Numbered from the whole stretch's first letter, positions 13,345 to 26,300 are shown. The stretch is DNA of 63,924 bases, filler included, from Circinaria calcarea (GCA_051942165.1; 3 parts of 3 records of this genome joined end to end with filler, not necessarily neighbours in it), one strand, 5' to 3'. Numbers and translations are program-made. Notes: generated from the letters alone by a model not told the origin.

Positions 13345-15374
13345 ATGAGTTTCCCTCCTAGGGGTTCTTCACTCAATCCTCCAAGTCCTCAGCCCAACCA
13401 AGGAATTGAATCCCACCATGCTCCGAGCATTGTATCCTCCCGCTTGACTGACGTTATTTCTGAAGATGGTGACGAATATTATCCGGAAGGGGCGGCAGCT
13501 GCAGCGGCGCAGGCAAGAGCGCGTGCTTTTGCTGGAGATCAAGGACGTACGGCGTCATCGCAGCGCCGTCAGGGTGTACCTGTCGCTGGGGGATCTGGGG
13601 AATGGAGACCAAGCAACGCATTTGGGGGTCTGGGAGCAACCATGTCAAACACAAGCAGGCCTCAAAGTGCCATGAGCCGGGGCAGTAGGACTCATGTACC
13701 TTCCCTGACTTCACATGCCTTCTTCCGCCCTATGAGCTCGCAGCGTCTCCAGGCTCAACGGGGAGGACGACCTTTGACATCTGGACAGACTGGGACAGGT
13801 AGTACAGGTCATAGCAACACCGGAAGCGTATTCCACAGACAAAGTATAGGTTCAAATCAAACGGGGTATCAGGACAATGATCTCCCACCGCCGTCGAGAG
13901 GTACCGAGTATACCGAGCATGATCCACGGGATCCAGCATCTATCAATCCGAGTCCGAGCGGCAATCTCACGACGCAAAGCGTGGACGAAAGCACCAGGCC
14001 TCTTCATAGGCGCTCTTCCTTTCCAGAACCAGTCCACCTCGATTTCGCTGCGAACTACAAGCAAAACACCAGTGGAATTCTACAAGCGCAGAAGTCTACG
14101 GGATCATTTAGGTCAACCTTTATTTTGCCAGCCAGGGGAAACCCTTCACAGCATGATAGACAGAGGCGTGAGCAACCTTCTTCAAAAAATACGTCACTAG
14201 AACCAGAACATTCCAAGGCATTACAAACAGCTAAGGTACAAACTGGGAAAAACTATCAATACTTCGCTGGAAACACGGTGTTTGGCCTGGGTGGCAGACT
14301 TCAAAACTCAAGGCAAAAGCCTATCAACATCGCCACCGGAGTTCTTGTTGTATTGCCTTCAGTCTTATTTCTCGTCTATTCGTAAGCATTACGGCGCTTT
14401 TTATTCTCAGCAGGTACCTCATCTAATACTTGGCAGGGCCCCCTATTTCTGGCGAAACGTCTCGCCTGCAATACCTATTTTCTTTGTTTACATATTTCTT
14501 ATTTGTTTTTCTTCATTCCTTCATGCTTCTGTCACAGATCCTGGGGTAAACGACTCTTCCCGATATTAAACAAGCAGGCCCTTACTGACTATAAGACCAT
14601 CAGATTCTGCCCCGAAATCTCCATCCTCTTCCAAGCCCTGAAGCTTCTGAAGATCCTCTTACTCTAGGGCCATCGTTAACTGAATGGATCCCCATCAGGT
14701 CGATGGGCTCGAATTCCGCCGTAATGGAATTTCCTGCCAAGTATTGTAAAACATGCAATATCTGGCGCCCGCCGAGGGCCCATCATTGTCGAGTCTGCAA
14801 CAGCTGCGTAGAAACGCAGGATCACCATTGCGTTTGGCTCAATAACTGCGTCGGACGACGCAACTATCGATACTTCTTCACCTTTGTCAGCTTCGGCACA
14901 TTTTTGGGTGCTTCCCTAACCTTCGGGAGCCTCGGGCACCTATTACGGTATCGCTCGACCGAAAATATCTCCTTCAGACAAGCCATCGAAGTTTGGCGAG
15001 TCCCTTTCGCGATGTTCGTTTATGGCCTATTGATAACACCTTATCCCTCTAGTCTCATGGCCTATCACCTGTTCCTCATAGGACGCGGAGAAACAACTCG
15101 GGAATATTTGAATTCACACAAATTCTTGAAGGTCGAGCGATATCGACCGTTTACCCACGGCAACTTCTTGAAGAACTGGGTTGTTGTCCTGATGCGACCA
15201 CGTCCACCGAGCTACCTCCGATTCAAAGGCGCTTATGTGGAAGGAGATCAGAGATTTGGCGCTCGTAGAAGGACACTGCAGGCTGTCGCCCAGCAGCACG
15301 AGGGCATGGAGATGGGGAATATTGGAGCTTCATTCCATGGTCCTTCAGCAGTCCGGGGTATGGCACCTCGATGA
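13345..15374 (+). CDS. ERF2: DHHC palmitoyltransferase Erf2 (3 exons)
   Basis: [54 protein letters not shown], and [11 protein letters not shown]...GGRLQ. Long Ser/Pro-rich N-terminus. Confidence 0.92.
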
Positions 15375-15942
15375 GATACTCATGGAGATGTCCTTGATTC
15401 TGTCTTTGCGTCTAGCGATTTAGCGTCCCTTTCTTTTCCTGGACTTATACACCGGGCTTCGCGATTCAGGACAGTCGGTGGATAATCCGTGTAAATACAG
15501 GCAGATGAGATGCTCTCATGTATATAAGAATAAGAGCTAATTTCAACAACGCTCTACTGGCCAACGAGCCTAGCAGCTGACATGCCGACCATGATTGGAG
15601 TGTGGTGTGGTACTGTTGATTGGGTATGAATGCAGCAGGTGCGATTGTTGTGCTTCATGCCGTCAGCCCTAAGGGAAATAGGAAAGCATATAAACGAGCT
15701 GCAAGCTCTCCATGTTTATTGTCGGAACAACCGCACCGCTATCAAAGTCACCGGGCATGCCTACCGTCGCCTTTAGTAACTAAGTCACTCAAACCTGACC
15801 CGCTCAGGTGCATTCCACATTCACTACAGAGTCTTACCAGCTTCGCGTTTGCGGCCGCTCGCCTGTTCTTCACAGCCTGCGTCGCGTTTAGGCCTATGTT
15901 GTAACCTGCACACTGCTCCGACCATACTAATTCTGATCTATA

Positions 15943-18265
15943 ATGGCTCGTTTAAGTATGGCAAGATCCACCTCAACTTCTTCCACGCTCTCTTGCATCA
16001 CGGTCGGGAACAACCAATCCTCGACCACCTCGCTTGCATCTTCAGCTACACCTCCTACAAGTAACTCAGACGCGACCAGCGTATCGCCCAGAGATGTCGG
16101 GAAGCTGTCGTCCTCCACCCTCGCGGAACAATACGTAGGACGCGTTGGTATGGGCGCTGGTGGCTCAAATGAGAGATCACTGGCTAGCAGCGCCGGACGC
16201 ACTTCCAGATGGAAGAGCGGCGATAAGGAACACCGAGAGATAGCAGGTAATACCCTAGCGGCGGCTGGAGGACACAGACAAAGACAGCTTGTGCAAGACA
16301 GCATACAAGTGTTGGATTTGGATTGGAAAGTCGACGCCATGCCTGGGGACATGATGAAGGATACGACTAAGCCTACGGGTATTAATACACAAAGGCGGAG
16401 ATCTACACGTCTGGATATACTTGAAAGGGCATCTAGTCTTGTGGAGAAGACGAAGAGTACACTCGGAAAGCGGGGACGAGACGCATTTGAACTAGGCAAA
16501 GAGAGGTTGCAGGTCCTGAACAGGAGGGAGGGTTTACGGCCACGGGAATCGGATGTCGGCGGTCCTGCTGACAAGAGAACCCGGGTTTCTACAACTCTCG
16601 ATTCCCACAAGGTAATTTTCCAGCCACCAAAGGCGAGCCAAAAAGTTTCCATTAGGCCACGGTTCAAACGATGGTTATCTCAGGGCCTCTATGTTGGTCA
16701 GGATCGTGATTTCGATGCAAGACTTACAGAGACCAAGAACAAGTTAAAAAGAGCTTCTACCGGGCCATCCGAACCTCCCAAACGATCAGTCCTGCCCCTG
16801 CCCATGTTTGCTGGTGAAAGGACCTTGGAACTCGGTAGAGATTTCCGATTACCATTCGATGTGTTTTCACCGCTACCACCTGGGCAGCCCAAACCCGAGG
16901 AGTGGAGGAAAACACAGAAGAGTATGCACACGTTCAAATTGCATCTCAACTAATGCTAATCGAGCGTCCCAGATGTTTTTGTCGGCGACGCCGCACAGGT
17001 ATGGAAGGTAAACAAGAACCTCGAAGCCTCGACATGTATCTGCAAGCCAGACTTTGGTTGCGATGAAAATTGTTTCAATCGATTCATGTTTTACGAATGT
17101 GATGACAGTAACTGCGACATTGGTTCCGAATTATGCACTAATCGAAGCTTTGAAGGGCTGCGGCAACGATGCAAGGCCGGCGGTAAGTACAATGTTGGGG
17201 TCGAAGTCATTAAAACGCTGGATCGAGGGTATGGCGTTCGCAGCAACCGGACATTCGAGCCCAACCAGATCATTGTCGAGTATGCGGGCGAGATCATCAC
17301 GCAAGATGAGTGTGACGATAGAATGAGGAACTTGTATAGAGACAATGAGGTAAGTTTAGATTAGTACAATTTTTCCACGTTATTTTTGACAAGGAGGCAG
17401 TGTTACTACCTTATGTCGTTCGATCAAAACATGATTATAGATGCTACTCGAGGTTCTATAGCGCGATTCGTCAATCACTCCTGTGAGCCAAACTGCAAAA
17501 TGATTAAATGGACTGTTGCGGGGAAACCACGAATGGCACTGTTTGCAGGAGAGAAGGGTATCATGACGGGCGAAGAGCTTACATACGATTACAATTTCGA
17601 GTAAGGCGACCTGAATCCATGATTGATAGCCCCAATATGTAATCAATTAACCTATCGATAGCCCTTTCTCCACCAAGAACATTCAGCAATGCCGTTGCGG
17701 CACCGATACATGCCGTGGGGTTCTTGGTCCAAAACCGAAGGAAGGAACAAGCAAGTCGAAGGATGTCAAAGACGCGCTGGAACCCTTGATTAAGACCAGT
17801 GCCAAGCGTAAAATCCAGGAGGCCATTGGAGACTCCCTACGGTCTATTGTCAGTAAGAAGCGTCGACTTGCGATTCCTTCCCCTATCAAGTCGGTTTTTC
17901 ATACCGCCAGAGCACAAGGCTCGTCTTATCTAGCAAAAGCACACACTCTGAGTTCTTCGGACTCAGAGAAAGCCCATCGGGTCAAAAAGGCCTCGGAGAG
18001 GTCTTTGAGGGGTTTAAAGAGGTCACGGACAGTTCAAGCAATGGGGAGCACTTTGAAAAAGCACACCGCTGTTACATACACACGACGACGTTCGTCGGGC
18101 ATGTCTGCAGTTGATAAAACGCCCGAGAATGTTCAACCTGTTAGCAGGCGAAACAGCATCCGCACCGCAGCCGCTAGTGTGAAGGAGAACGTTGTCCGAA
18201 CGGTGAGGAGGTCCAATCGCCCGGCAGTTCATGGAAAGACGATCAGGGTGATTGGCAACAAGTAA
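15943..18265 (+). CDS. ASH1: ASH1-type SET-domain histone H3K36 methyltransferase (4 exons)
   Basis: [12 protein letters not shown] and LPLPMF...[13 protein letters not shown] cysteines, SET core RGYGVRS...[13 protein letters not shown]...[10 protein letters not shown], and post-[16 protein letters not shown]. Confidence 0.88.
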
Positions 18266-19055
18266 GCATGGCAGCTATGCCAGGGCAACAGTAGGCGTTC
18301 TTCGATGGATAGGTAATGGAAATCCAAAAATGCCTCAGATGGCCGATGTTTCCTGCCCGTTTGGCACTGTTATCTTCATCACCTTTTTATTTGAGTTGGC
18401 CTCTGAATTGGTCTTATAATGTATCCTATTTTTATTATCATTGCCCGTTATCGATATATATGAACCTCTCAACTGTCCCGTTGTCGGCTAAATGGGCACC
18501 TCCGTTATCGTTGATAAACTGAGAACAGAACTATGTCTCGGGAGTTTCGAGTTTCGTGCTCAAGTTATTCTATCTGCTACATGGCCGGGTTCAACCACCG
18601 AATTGTGTAGTTGATGAACCATCTAACTCTCTGCTTTATATAGCCTGCAATCAGCGGACCATGACCGCTCTGATTCTCTAATGGTATATCTTCACGCCAT
18701 CTCATTATAGAAGATTTTCTTTGCACTGATCTATCCGTACAAGAGCAAACTCGGTGAATTTTACGGCATCGACAAACACTTCCCCTCCGTGTCATCTCAA
18801 TCACCTACAATGGACCAGTCTCGCACTGTTCCTGGTACTGCTCATATCCCCGAAGGATATTAACGAGGCGCGTCAAGGTCTCTAGATTGCAGGCTAAAGC
18901 GGAAGAGGCTAGGCCAGCCGACTTTCAACCGGTCCCCGACTGTGGGGGCGGGGTTCCAATTCCAACTGCGGAGGCGCCATTCTTATTCCTCCATCTACAA
19001 CAGTCCATTGAGGCACTACACCGCCGTCTACTCTTACCGAAAAGCCCTGCACGAA

Positions 19056-20381
19056 ATGACACCAACATCCACTCCGCGCGCCAGCCCCCAGCCCCCAGCC
19101 AACACCCGACAATCCCTCCAATCTCTCCTCACCTCTGCGCGCCCCGACCTCGCACCTTACGAAATCTTACGCAAACATTTCCACTCCCACCCAGAACTCT
19201 CCCTGCAAGAATCCTCCACCGCCGACACCGTTGCCTCACACCTTCGCGCCCTCGGTGTGTATGAAATCCACGAAGGCATCGGCGGCCACGGTGTCGCGGC
19301 CGTGCTGCGGAACGGCGGCGGGAAGACTGTCCTGCTGCGCGCCGACATGGATGCGCTACCCGTGGAGGAGAAAACGGGATTACCATTTGCGAGTACGGTG
19401 ACGATGAAAGATACGGACGGAGTGGTGAAGCCGGTGATGCATGCGTGCGGGCATGATGTCCACGTGACGTGCCTCCTTGCGGCGGCGGAGGCGCTGGCTG
19501 AACTGGCGAAGAAGAGCGACGATACGTGGAAGGGCACACTGGTACTCGTTTTCCAGCCAAATGAGGAGAGAGGGGGCGGGGCCAAGGCGATGGTGGATGA
19601 TGGGCTCTATGACAAGGTGCCTATTCCGGATGTGGTGCTAGGACAGCATGTTCTGCCCTTCAAGGCTGGCCGATTAGGGTCGAGGGTGGGGATCATGCTC
19701 GCAGCTAGCGACAGTTTCAAAGTGACCTTGTCCGGTCGAGGGGGTCACGCCTCGATGCCGAACCGGACAATAGACCCGGTGGTGATGGCGGCTTCCGTCG
19801 TGATGAGGTTGCAGACGATCGTCAGTCGAGAGGTGGATCCTTCGGGCATGGTGGTTATCACCGTTGGAAGCTTGCAAGCGGGGCAGACGGAAAATGTGAT
19901 TTCGGACCGAGCGGAACTCCGACTTAATGTGAGGACGATCGACAGGGACACGCGGGAAAAGGTGCTGTCGTCGATCCGAAGAATCATCAAGGCCGAATGT
20001 GAAGCCAGCGGAGCCTCTGAGCCACCTCTGATCGAGTCGACCTCGAGCTTCCCGGCCACAGTCAATGACCAGGAAACCACCGAAACCTTGCACTCCTCGT
20101 TCCGTGACTTCTTTGACGAGTACAATGATGACCAACCCCGCATGAACGGCAGTGAGGACTTTTCGTATCTGGGCACTGCCATCGGCAAGCCGTGTTCCTT
20201 TTGGTTCATTGGGGGCATCGATCCGGATTTATGGGATGAGGTGGAGAAGAAGGGAAGGATAGCGGAGGAGATACCGGTGAACCACTCGCCTTTCTTTGCG
20301 CCGGTCATGCAGCCGACGCTGAGGATCGGGGTGGATGCATTATGTCTAGCGGCAATGACCTTTTTACGAGTTTCCGGGTAG
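19056..20381 (+). CDS. M20-family amidohydrolase (hippurate hydrolase/Acy1-like), intronless
   Basis: HSHPELSLQE, LLRADMDALP, MHACGHD, FQPNEE, GRGGHAS, GSEDF and NHSP motifs. First ATG at 19056. Confidence 0.92.
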   Translation: MTPTSTPRASPQPPANTRQSLQSLLTSARPDLAPYEILRKHFHSHPELSLQESSTADTVASHLRALGVYEIHEGIGGHGVAAVLRNGGGKTVLLRADMDALPVEEKTGLPFASTVTMKDTDGVVKPVMHACGHDVHVTCLLAAAEALAELAKKSDDTWKGTLVLVFQPNEERGGGAKAMVDDGLYDKVPIPDVVLGQHVLPFKAGRLGSRVGIMLAASDSFKVTLSGRGGHASMPNRTIDPVVMAASVVMRLQTIVSREVDPSGMVVITVGSLQAGQTENVISDRAELRLNVRTIDRDTREKVLSSIRRIIKAECEASGASEPPLIESTSSFPATVNDQETTETLHSSFRDFFDEYNDDQPRMNGSEDFSYLGTAIGKPCSFWFIGGIDPDLWDEVEKKGRIAEEIPVNHSPFFAPVMQPTLRIGVDALCLAAMTFLRVSG

Positions 20382-21160
20382 CAAATCCTTCAGCGACGTC
20401 AGAGATATCCTTGTGTAAAATGCAAAATGATGTGGTAAGCTTGGACGTGGAGGCTTGGCTACCTTGGATACCTCCATGGATTTATTAGGCGTACATGTAT
20501 CCCCTAAAGTACTCGTTCGTACACCAACTTCTTATATCCTAGCATGTAAGAGAGAGCTGGCTAGATGCATGTCCATCATCCGACTCGATATGGTTCCACA
20601 CGTACAGCCTCAAAAGTGCGCTTTCCATCATCTGTGCAAACTCGCTCATTTGCTGACCCCTGGATCATGTATCTAACGCCATGACGAGCTTGACTGGACA
20701 CTAAGAGTGTCCATGCCTTTGAAGTAGCTGCCCGTGACACGATCATTAATGAAAAGTAACCCCCACCAGATATTGGAAAAAAGGCGGCCACAAAGCTCAG
20801 CAGCAGAGATTTCAAGGATTAAGCTAGTTAACCCTGAAGAGGTAGATCGCACGCGTGTCATACAGAGTCATAGGCCTTGGAAAAGAACCAACCACCAGAG
20901 AGTATGGAGCATGGTCCCTAACCGCAAGCTGAATAATAAGAATACACTCTAGCCAGGCAGCTCGCAACAGCATCATACATGCAGCATCTCCTCCTTGCTC
21001 CTGGGTCCTGGACTGTCTGGTTGTTCACGTAGTTGACATAATCTCGCCCGACTCGTGTCGCCACTTTAGAAAGAACTTGGCCGCCTGTATCAAAACTCAC
21101 GACGGCCCATATAACCAAAGGTCCCAATCGAGAACACATTGGCCCTCAGCTGGCCAATGT

Positions 21161-21721
21161 CTAGTTTGGTGGCCAAGGTATTAACATGCAGTTTCCACAA
21201 TAAACGTGGCCACATTCACTACACATGGCTGGCATCCGACTATAGGCTTTCCTATCGTTACATTGACAGCACCACAATGCCACCTCATGCCTTGTAGACT
21301 CGCTAGTACCGTCGGCTGGGTAGCTTGCGCAGATGTCACAGCAGCGTAGCCGGTTATTGGACGGGTTGCGCTCACCTTGAGGAGTTTCCTGGGAGATTGA
21401 GCCCGATGGTGTTATTGTGGTGGGAAAGGTGATTGTGTTTGTTTGAGTGTCCTGTATCTTGACCTGAGGGGATCTATCTGCTACAGAGGCCTGTTGAGCT
21501 TCGGCGAAAATTCTAGAATTAGACGGTTTGGTTCGTGCGCAATCTCTGCAAGCTTGGTGCAGACAGTGGTGACAATATCTTGGTATATAGGACGCCTGAT
21601 ACCTGCAGTCGAAGTTACAGCAGTGGAAGCTGTTCGTTTCGCTCGATAATCCTTCCTCACCGGAGCTTGAAGACCCTGTTGCCACTGGCTTCATCGTCTG
21701 CGTACGGTTTTCTTTTTCCAT
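21161..21721 (-). CDS. Cys/His-rich hypothetical protein with two zinc-ribbon-like repeats
   Basis: About 186 aa. Contains FHCCNFDC-x9-CHHCLHQACRDC and LWCCQC-x11-CSECGHVYCGNC. An apparent 5'UTR intron (about 21740-21790) and a TATA-like element (about 21903-21909) lie upstream. Confidence 0.6.
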   Translation of the reverse strand: MEKENRTQTMKPVATGSSSSGEEGLSSETNSFHCCNFDCRYQASYIPRYCHHCLHQACRDCARTKPSNSRIFAEAQQASVADRSPQVKIQDTQTNTITFPTTITPSGSISQETPQGERNPSNNRLRCCDICASYPADGTSESTRHEVALWCCQCNDRKAYSRMPAMCSECGHVYCGNCMLIPWPPN

Positions 21722-22417
21722 ATGGGAGCTCCTCGTCACTGTAGATGATAACTTATTCTCTGTGAGGTGGCTACTAGCCCATCCGGTACGTCTTGGTAGC
21801 GTGCTGGAATCTTCAAGGTGCGATGTATCGGGTGAGTTGGAGATGACTTCAGGTTTGATGTTTGGCTCGAGGAGAAGCTGAAGGAGTAGATGAAAATGCC
21901 TGTATATAAGGTCCTCTCGGAACTCAAGAGTCGGGAATGGTAATTTCGAGACAGAGGAAAGGGAAAGGTTCTCGGCCTAGAGGGAGATTCTCTGGATAAC
22001 TTAGAGGATACGTGGTGAAGGACTCATATCTATTCACCTGCAATGTAATCCGTTATGAGTGAAATGCTGTCATTAGTTATTTTTTAACTCCCACGAGTAC
22101 TTCGCAGCGATGTTGCCAGCTACGCACACCGCAGTCTTTCTCCTAAGGTCAGAACCCAAAGTGGTCGACGAAGCGTATTGCCTACACGCCTCTGCAGATT
22201 TTGACTAGTTATTTGCCTTATATGACCGATTGATAGAACCTGTTAGCCCTAGTTGAACCGTTTGAAACCCCTATGATATAACCAGCCGGGGCAAAGACTC
22301 TAGTGATATGTGATTCTGACCATGATTAGACGAGATGGAGGACTAAACAGTTGGTATTGGATTTTGGTATAACTTGAGTAGTAACGTGGAGTAAACATAT
22401 ATGGTTCTACCTTGTTC

Positions 22418-23201
22418 CTATCCATTCCTATCCAGGTGCCTCTCGAAACTAGCCAGCAGGTCCTCATCACCGTCTGGAAACCGATCTTCCTGATCCTCGC
22501 GTTGCTTTTGCGGTTCAGCTAAACCATTTAATGGGTTATGTCCCGCAGGCAACTGAGGATTGCCATCTGATAGCAGCTCCGGCTGCTCGATTTCAACCTG
22601 ATTGGTCACATCGATCTGATATTGACTAGGAGCTGGTAGAATGACGTTTTCTTGCATTACCGGTTGTGCTTTGTAGGCTTGGGCGGCAGCCAGGGGAAGA
22701 TCGGGGGAGCTAGAGATGTCCCTCATTATCGGGTTAGTACTTTGTAGTGTATTCCGATTGAATGCGTCGTCTGAGTTGACAGGCTCGATAATCCTTGGGA
22801 TAGGTTTCGCTGGGGATCCCGACAAAGAGCCAGGGGCATCTGCATCAGGCGATGGTGATAGCTCTCCCTCCTCTCGATCTCCGTCTTCTCCATCTTCACC
22901 ATCTTCATCATCGCTTTCGCTGCCTTCTTCGCCGTCTAGTAAAATCGAGTCGTCGCCCATATCGATATCCCGATTTCCTGCAACGTCGGCAATCGAGTTC
23001 TCTTGCTTGATGGTGTTGTCCCCTGCATTTGGCCCCTTGTTCACGATATCACTGTTGCGTGCTGCTGCGTTGGAGCCTGTAACTCCCTCTGCGATATGCA
23101 GACGCTTCTTCTTCCGACCCCGACCTGGCCCCTTTGGCTTTCTCTTCGGTGGAGGCGGCCTTCTTCTCGGTGGAGTCGGCATAACCTCGCCTGCGATGAC
23201 A
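22418..23201 (-). CDS. 3' part of an uncharacterised, probably nuclear protein; 5' end lost at the gap
   Basis: The frame is open from the gap edge: PTPPRRRPPPPKRKPKGPGRGRKKK (NLS-like), an acidic tract, and C-terminal DLLASFERHL. Confidence 0.7.
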
Positions 23202-23301
23202 NNNNNNNNNNNNNNNNNNNNNNNNNNNNNNNNNNNNNNNNNNNNTTAATTAATTAANNNNNNNNNNNNNNNNNNNNNNNNNNNNNNNNNNNNNNNNNNN
23301 N
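23202..23301. other. Artificial contig-joining spacer
   Basis: 44 N + TTAATTAATTAA (stops in all six frames) + 44 N. Confidence 0.97.
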
Positions 23302-26300
23302 GAGTTCGTAAGGGGTTGCGTGGCGGGGGAGGAGAGTTGCGGTTGAGGGGTAGGAGGCTGTGTGGAAGGTCGCGTGGTGGATAAGGCGTTGGCCGATGAG
23401 GGATTTGGGATCTATCAAGTTTGATACATCAGGAATGTGGTAAGGTATTGGGTTAAATTGAAGGAATTGGGGTGATTAGAGACGTACGTTCAGGGTCGAA
23501 TTGGAGTACATGTAAGTTACTGGAAGCATCGAAGACGACAATGTAGAGTTGGTCGGCATAGGGAAGAAAGTCTCCCGTGATCACTTCGATGTGCTGAGTG
23601 GATTTGCTGAAGAGGCGGAGTTGGTATGGATCCTCCTAGAGATTAATTAGTATATGTGTTTGCAAATGATATCATGTGACTCGGCTGTCCTTGGCATACA
23701 GTATATCCAGCGAACCAGACACCTTTGACAGCGTCCCCCATTAAACACAATCCAGTCCCTTTCAACTCTTTGGCCAAACTAACATAACATTGCATGTCCA
23801 TGAATGACACCGGAAGCAATGTACCATCTTCTTTCAATCCTCGCACCATACATTTCTGACCCTGAGCTACTAATAGAAATCCCTCGGTTCCGATTTCAGA
23901 AAGGGCTGTTACGCCGCCTTTGTTGTCTTCCTTGGCTACCAGTTTGAGCTTGAGTCCGGTCTCGGGACGATCAGGCTCAGGCACTACTTCGATGATATCG
24001 AAGACATATATCCGACCTCGAGCTGGAAGATCCTCACCAAGGAGGAAAGTGGTACCAACGGCTACTAGTGATCGACGTGCAGACGTATTCTCCGAAGTTT
24101 CTAGATTCACGGTTTTGATAGACATCACTACCTCGGCAGGGTCAAGATCATACCTGGATAGTCAGCAAACATGGACATCTGCGCCGGGTGATGTCTTACG
24201 TATCGGTGATGGACCAGGTAGATGGGTCAAGAATTTTAATTGATCCATGATCCAGCTGGGGCAAGAAGTTGGTTGCTGCGCAGAAATAATCAGTCGTCAA
24301 ACCCACCGAATTGAGTTTGGTAGCTTACTTTCGGCAGCCCACTCGTAGTGTAGCTCATCCTCTGGTAGTTTAAAATCTACTTTCTGGGATGTGCCCAGCA
24401 CGTATCGATTGGTTCGCTCATGATAATCGAATGACTCTATATGCTCTCCTGAAAATAATTGTTGCGTTACCCAGCCCGTGCTGTAGTCATAATCATGGGG
24501 TAAATGCGCGGCTGATACGTTGCCCTAAAACAGTCAACTTGTACCTACACTTTGTCTTAAATTGGTTCTTACCTCAGTGTCAGAGTACATAAAGCCTCGA
24601 TGGCAAACTGGACTGTGAAAGCTGCTCAGGCTTCGGATACCTCGTAACCGCAGGCTTATTACCTGAGGCAGACTAGATGCAGGTTTGACTATTAAAGCGG
24701 GAGCTGCTCCAGGAACGCAGACGGTACTATATCCGTTGACGTCTTGCAAGGATCGAAGTGGTTGCTTTCGATCCTCAGTAATGCCATAAAGAAGCTCATC
24801 GGCAGTGGGCTGGGTCATGTAAGGATTGGGAACTTTGAGAAAACGCAGCACTGTGTCTGCTTCTCCTTTGAGGGGACATTGAAAAGGCTGATAGATTGTT
24901 ATATCATCATTTGCAGAGCGAAGCTAGGAGCAGTTAGTGTCGTACAGCAATGAACATCCAGGTAGAAGTACAATCATATACGGAGCTTTGGCGGCAGAAT
25001 CACCCAATTCAGCAACCAAAATCTCAACTAATGCCTCCCTCGCAGCTGAACGACGGACTGTGAAATCAGAAGCGAGGAATGGCGGTAAGAAGCTCAATCC
25101 GTCCGCAGTATAGATGGCTTTATCCAAATTTGATAGATGATAGACCTGCAAACACGTATCAGCACTAAATTGTTCCACTTACCGAGGTCGGATATAACGG
25201 GAACTGACCTTCAAGGCGCCTTCGGCACTTAACAAGAACATGAGAAAATTCCCTCCTTCTTCTTGGCTCTCATCATCTGCCTCCAAGTGGAAGACATCAT
25301 TCAAATCGTCAAATAGAGAACCAGAAAGCCACTTGCTGCATTGTAGATCATCTCCATGACCAACCTCTTCCAAATCACCAGATTCCTCCGCCTTAACGAG
25401 CATTACACTAGAGTCGTCCCGGATGAGAAGTACGTAAGGTTCAGCAAAACTTGCGCTGACAACTTTTGGATCGGATTCAGTACTATCTTCAGACAAGGCA
25501 AATATCTGGGCAAGACCGAGGTCTACACTTGTCAGTTAATGCATCTTCTGAGATCTGCAATTCTTTGGAAGATACGGCACGCAATACACATGGACCGAGT
25601 GAATAGTATATAATATATTGTATTGTTACTATCGAATACATTTTTGGAGAGCAAGCTGCAGACACGGTAGTGACTCATGGGCTTATACTGTTCGACTTCT
25701 ATCGTGCCCGTGTACAGCTCACTGTGCAATGCCCACCCTCTGCTACCATCCATAGACTTGGTACAGGATACGAGGGAGTCGACTCTTGGCTGGAAGCCCC
25801 AAGAAAACTGCTTGAACGTAGTACAGCATGTGGAAAGCTTGAAAAATAAATACGCGCACTTACCGCCATCATAAGTTCGAATCTCGCTTTTCAGCACTTG
25901 GATTATTCGCGCGCCACCGCCAAATACACCCACATCAATGGTACCCCCAGCTGTGTCGAAATCGGTTTGTGCAGGCTCTTCCAGGGTTCCAGAGACGAGC
26001 TCATACACGGCCGAATTTTCATTACCCATGTCGCTGGCTCTGGATACAATCAAAATATTGTCATGTTGATCCGGATTCTCAACAATCAACTCCGGCGCCA
26101 TCCCTTCTGGAGAAGCCTTCTGAGCATGTATAGGCCAGACACCATATATATCAGAGATATCCAAGGTATCGTCCACGATGGGAACAATCTTGCGACCTAC
26201 CTTGCAGAGTGATCCAGCTCGACCCTGTCCGGTTGATACTAGCATTCCCTGATTCGGCAGGGACTGAAGCGGTACACCAGCGTTCGACTTCAGATCCTTT

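Noticed and set aside
15927..16667. Long antisense ORFs (here and at 11334-11843, 19745-20308, 22716-23249, 36062-36655)
   Set aside because: Shadows of coding exons on the opposite strand.
20379..20440. TAG-CAA stop context of the amidohydrolase as a readthrough signal
   Set aside because: The context lacks the CARYYA pattern and the extension ends in no targeting signal.
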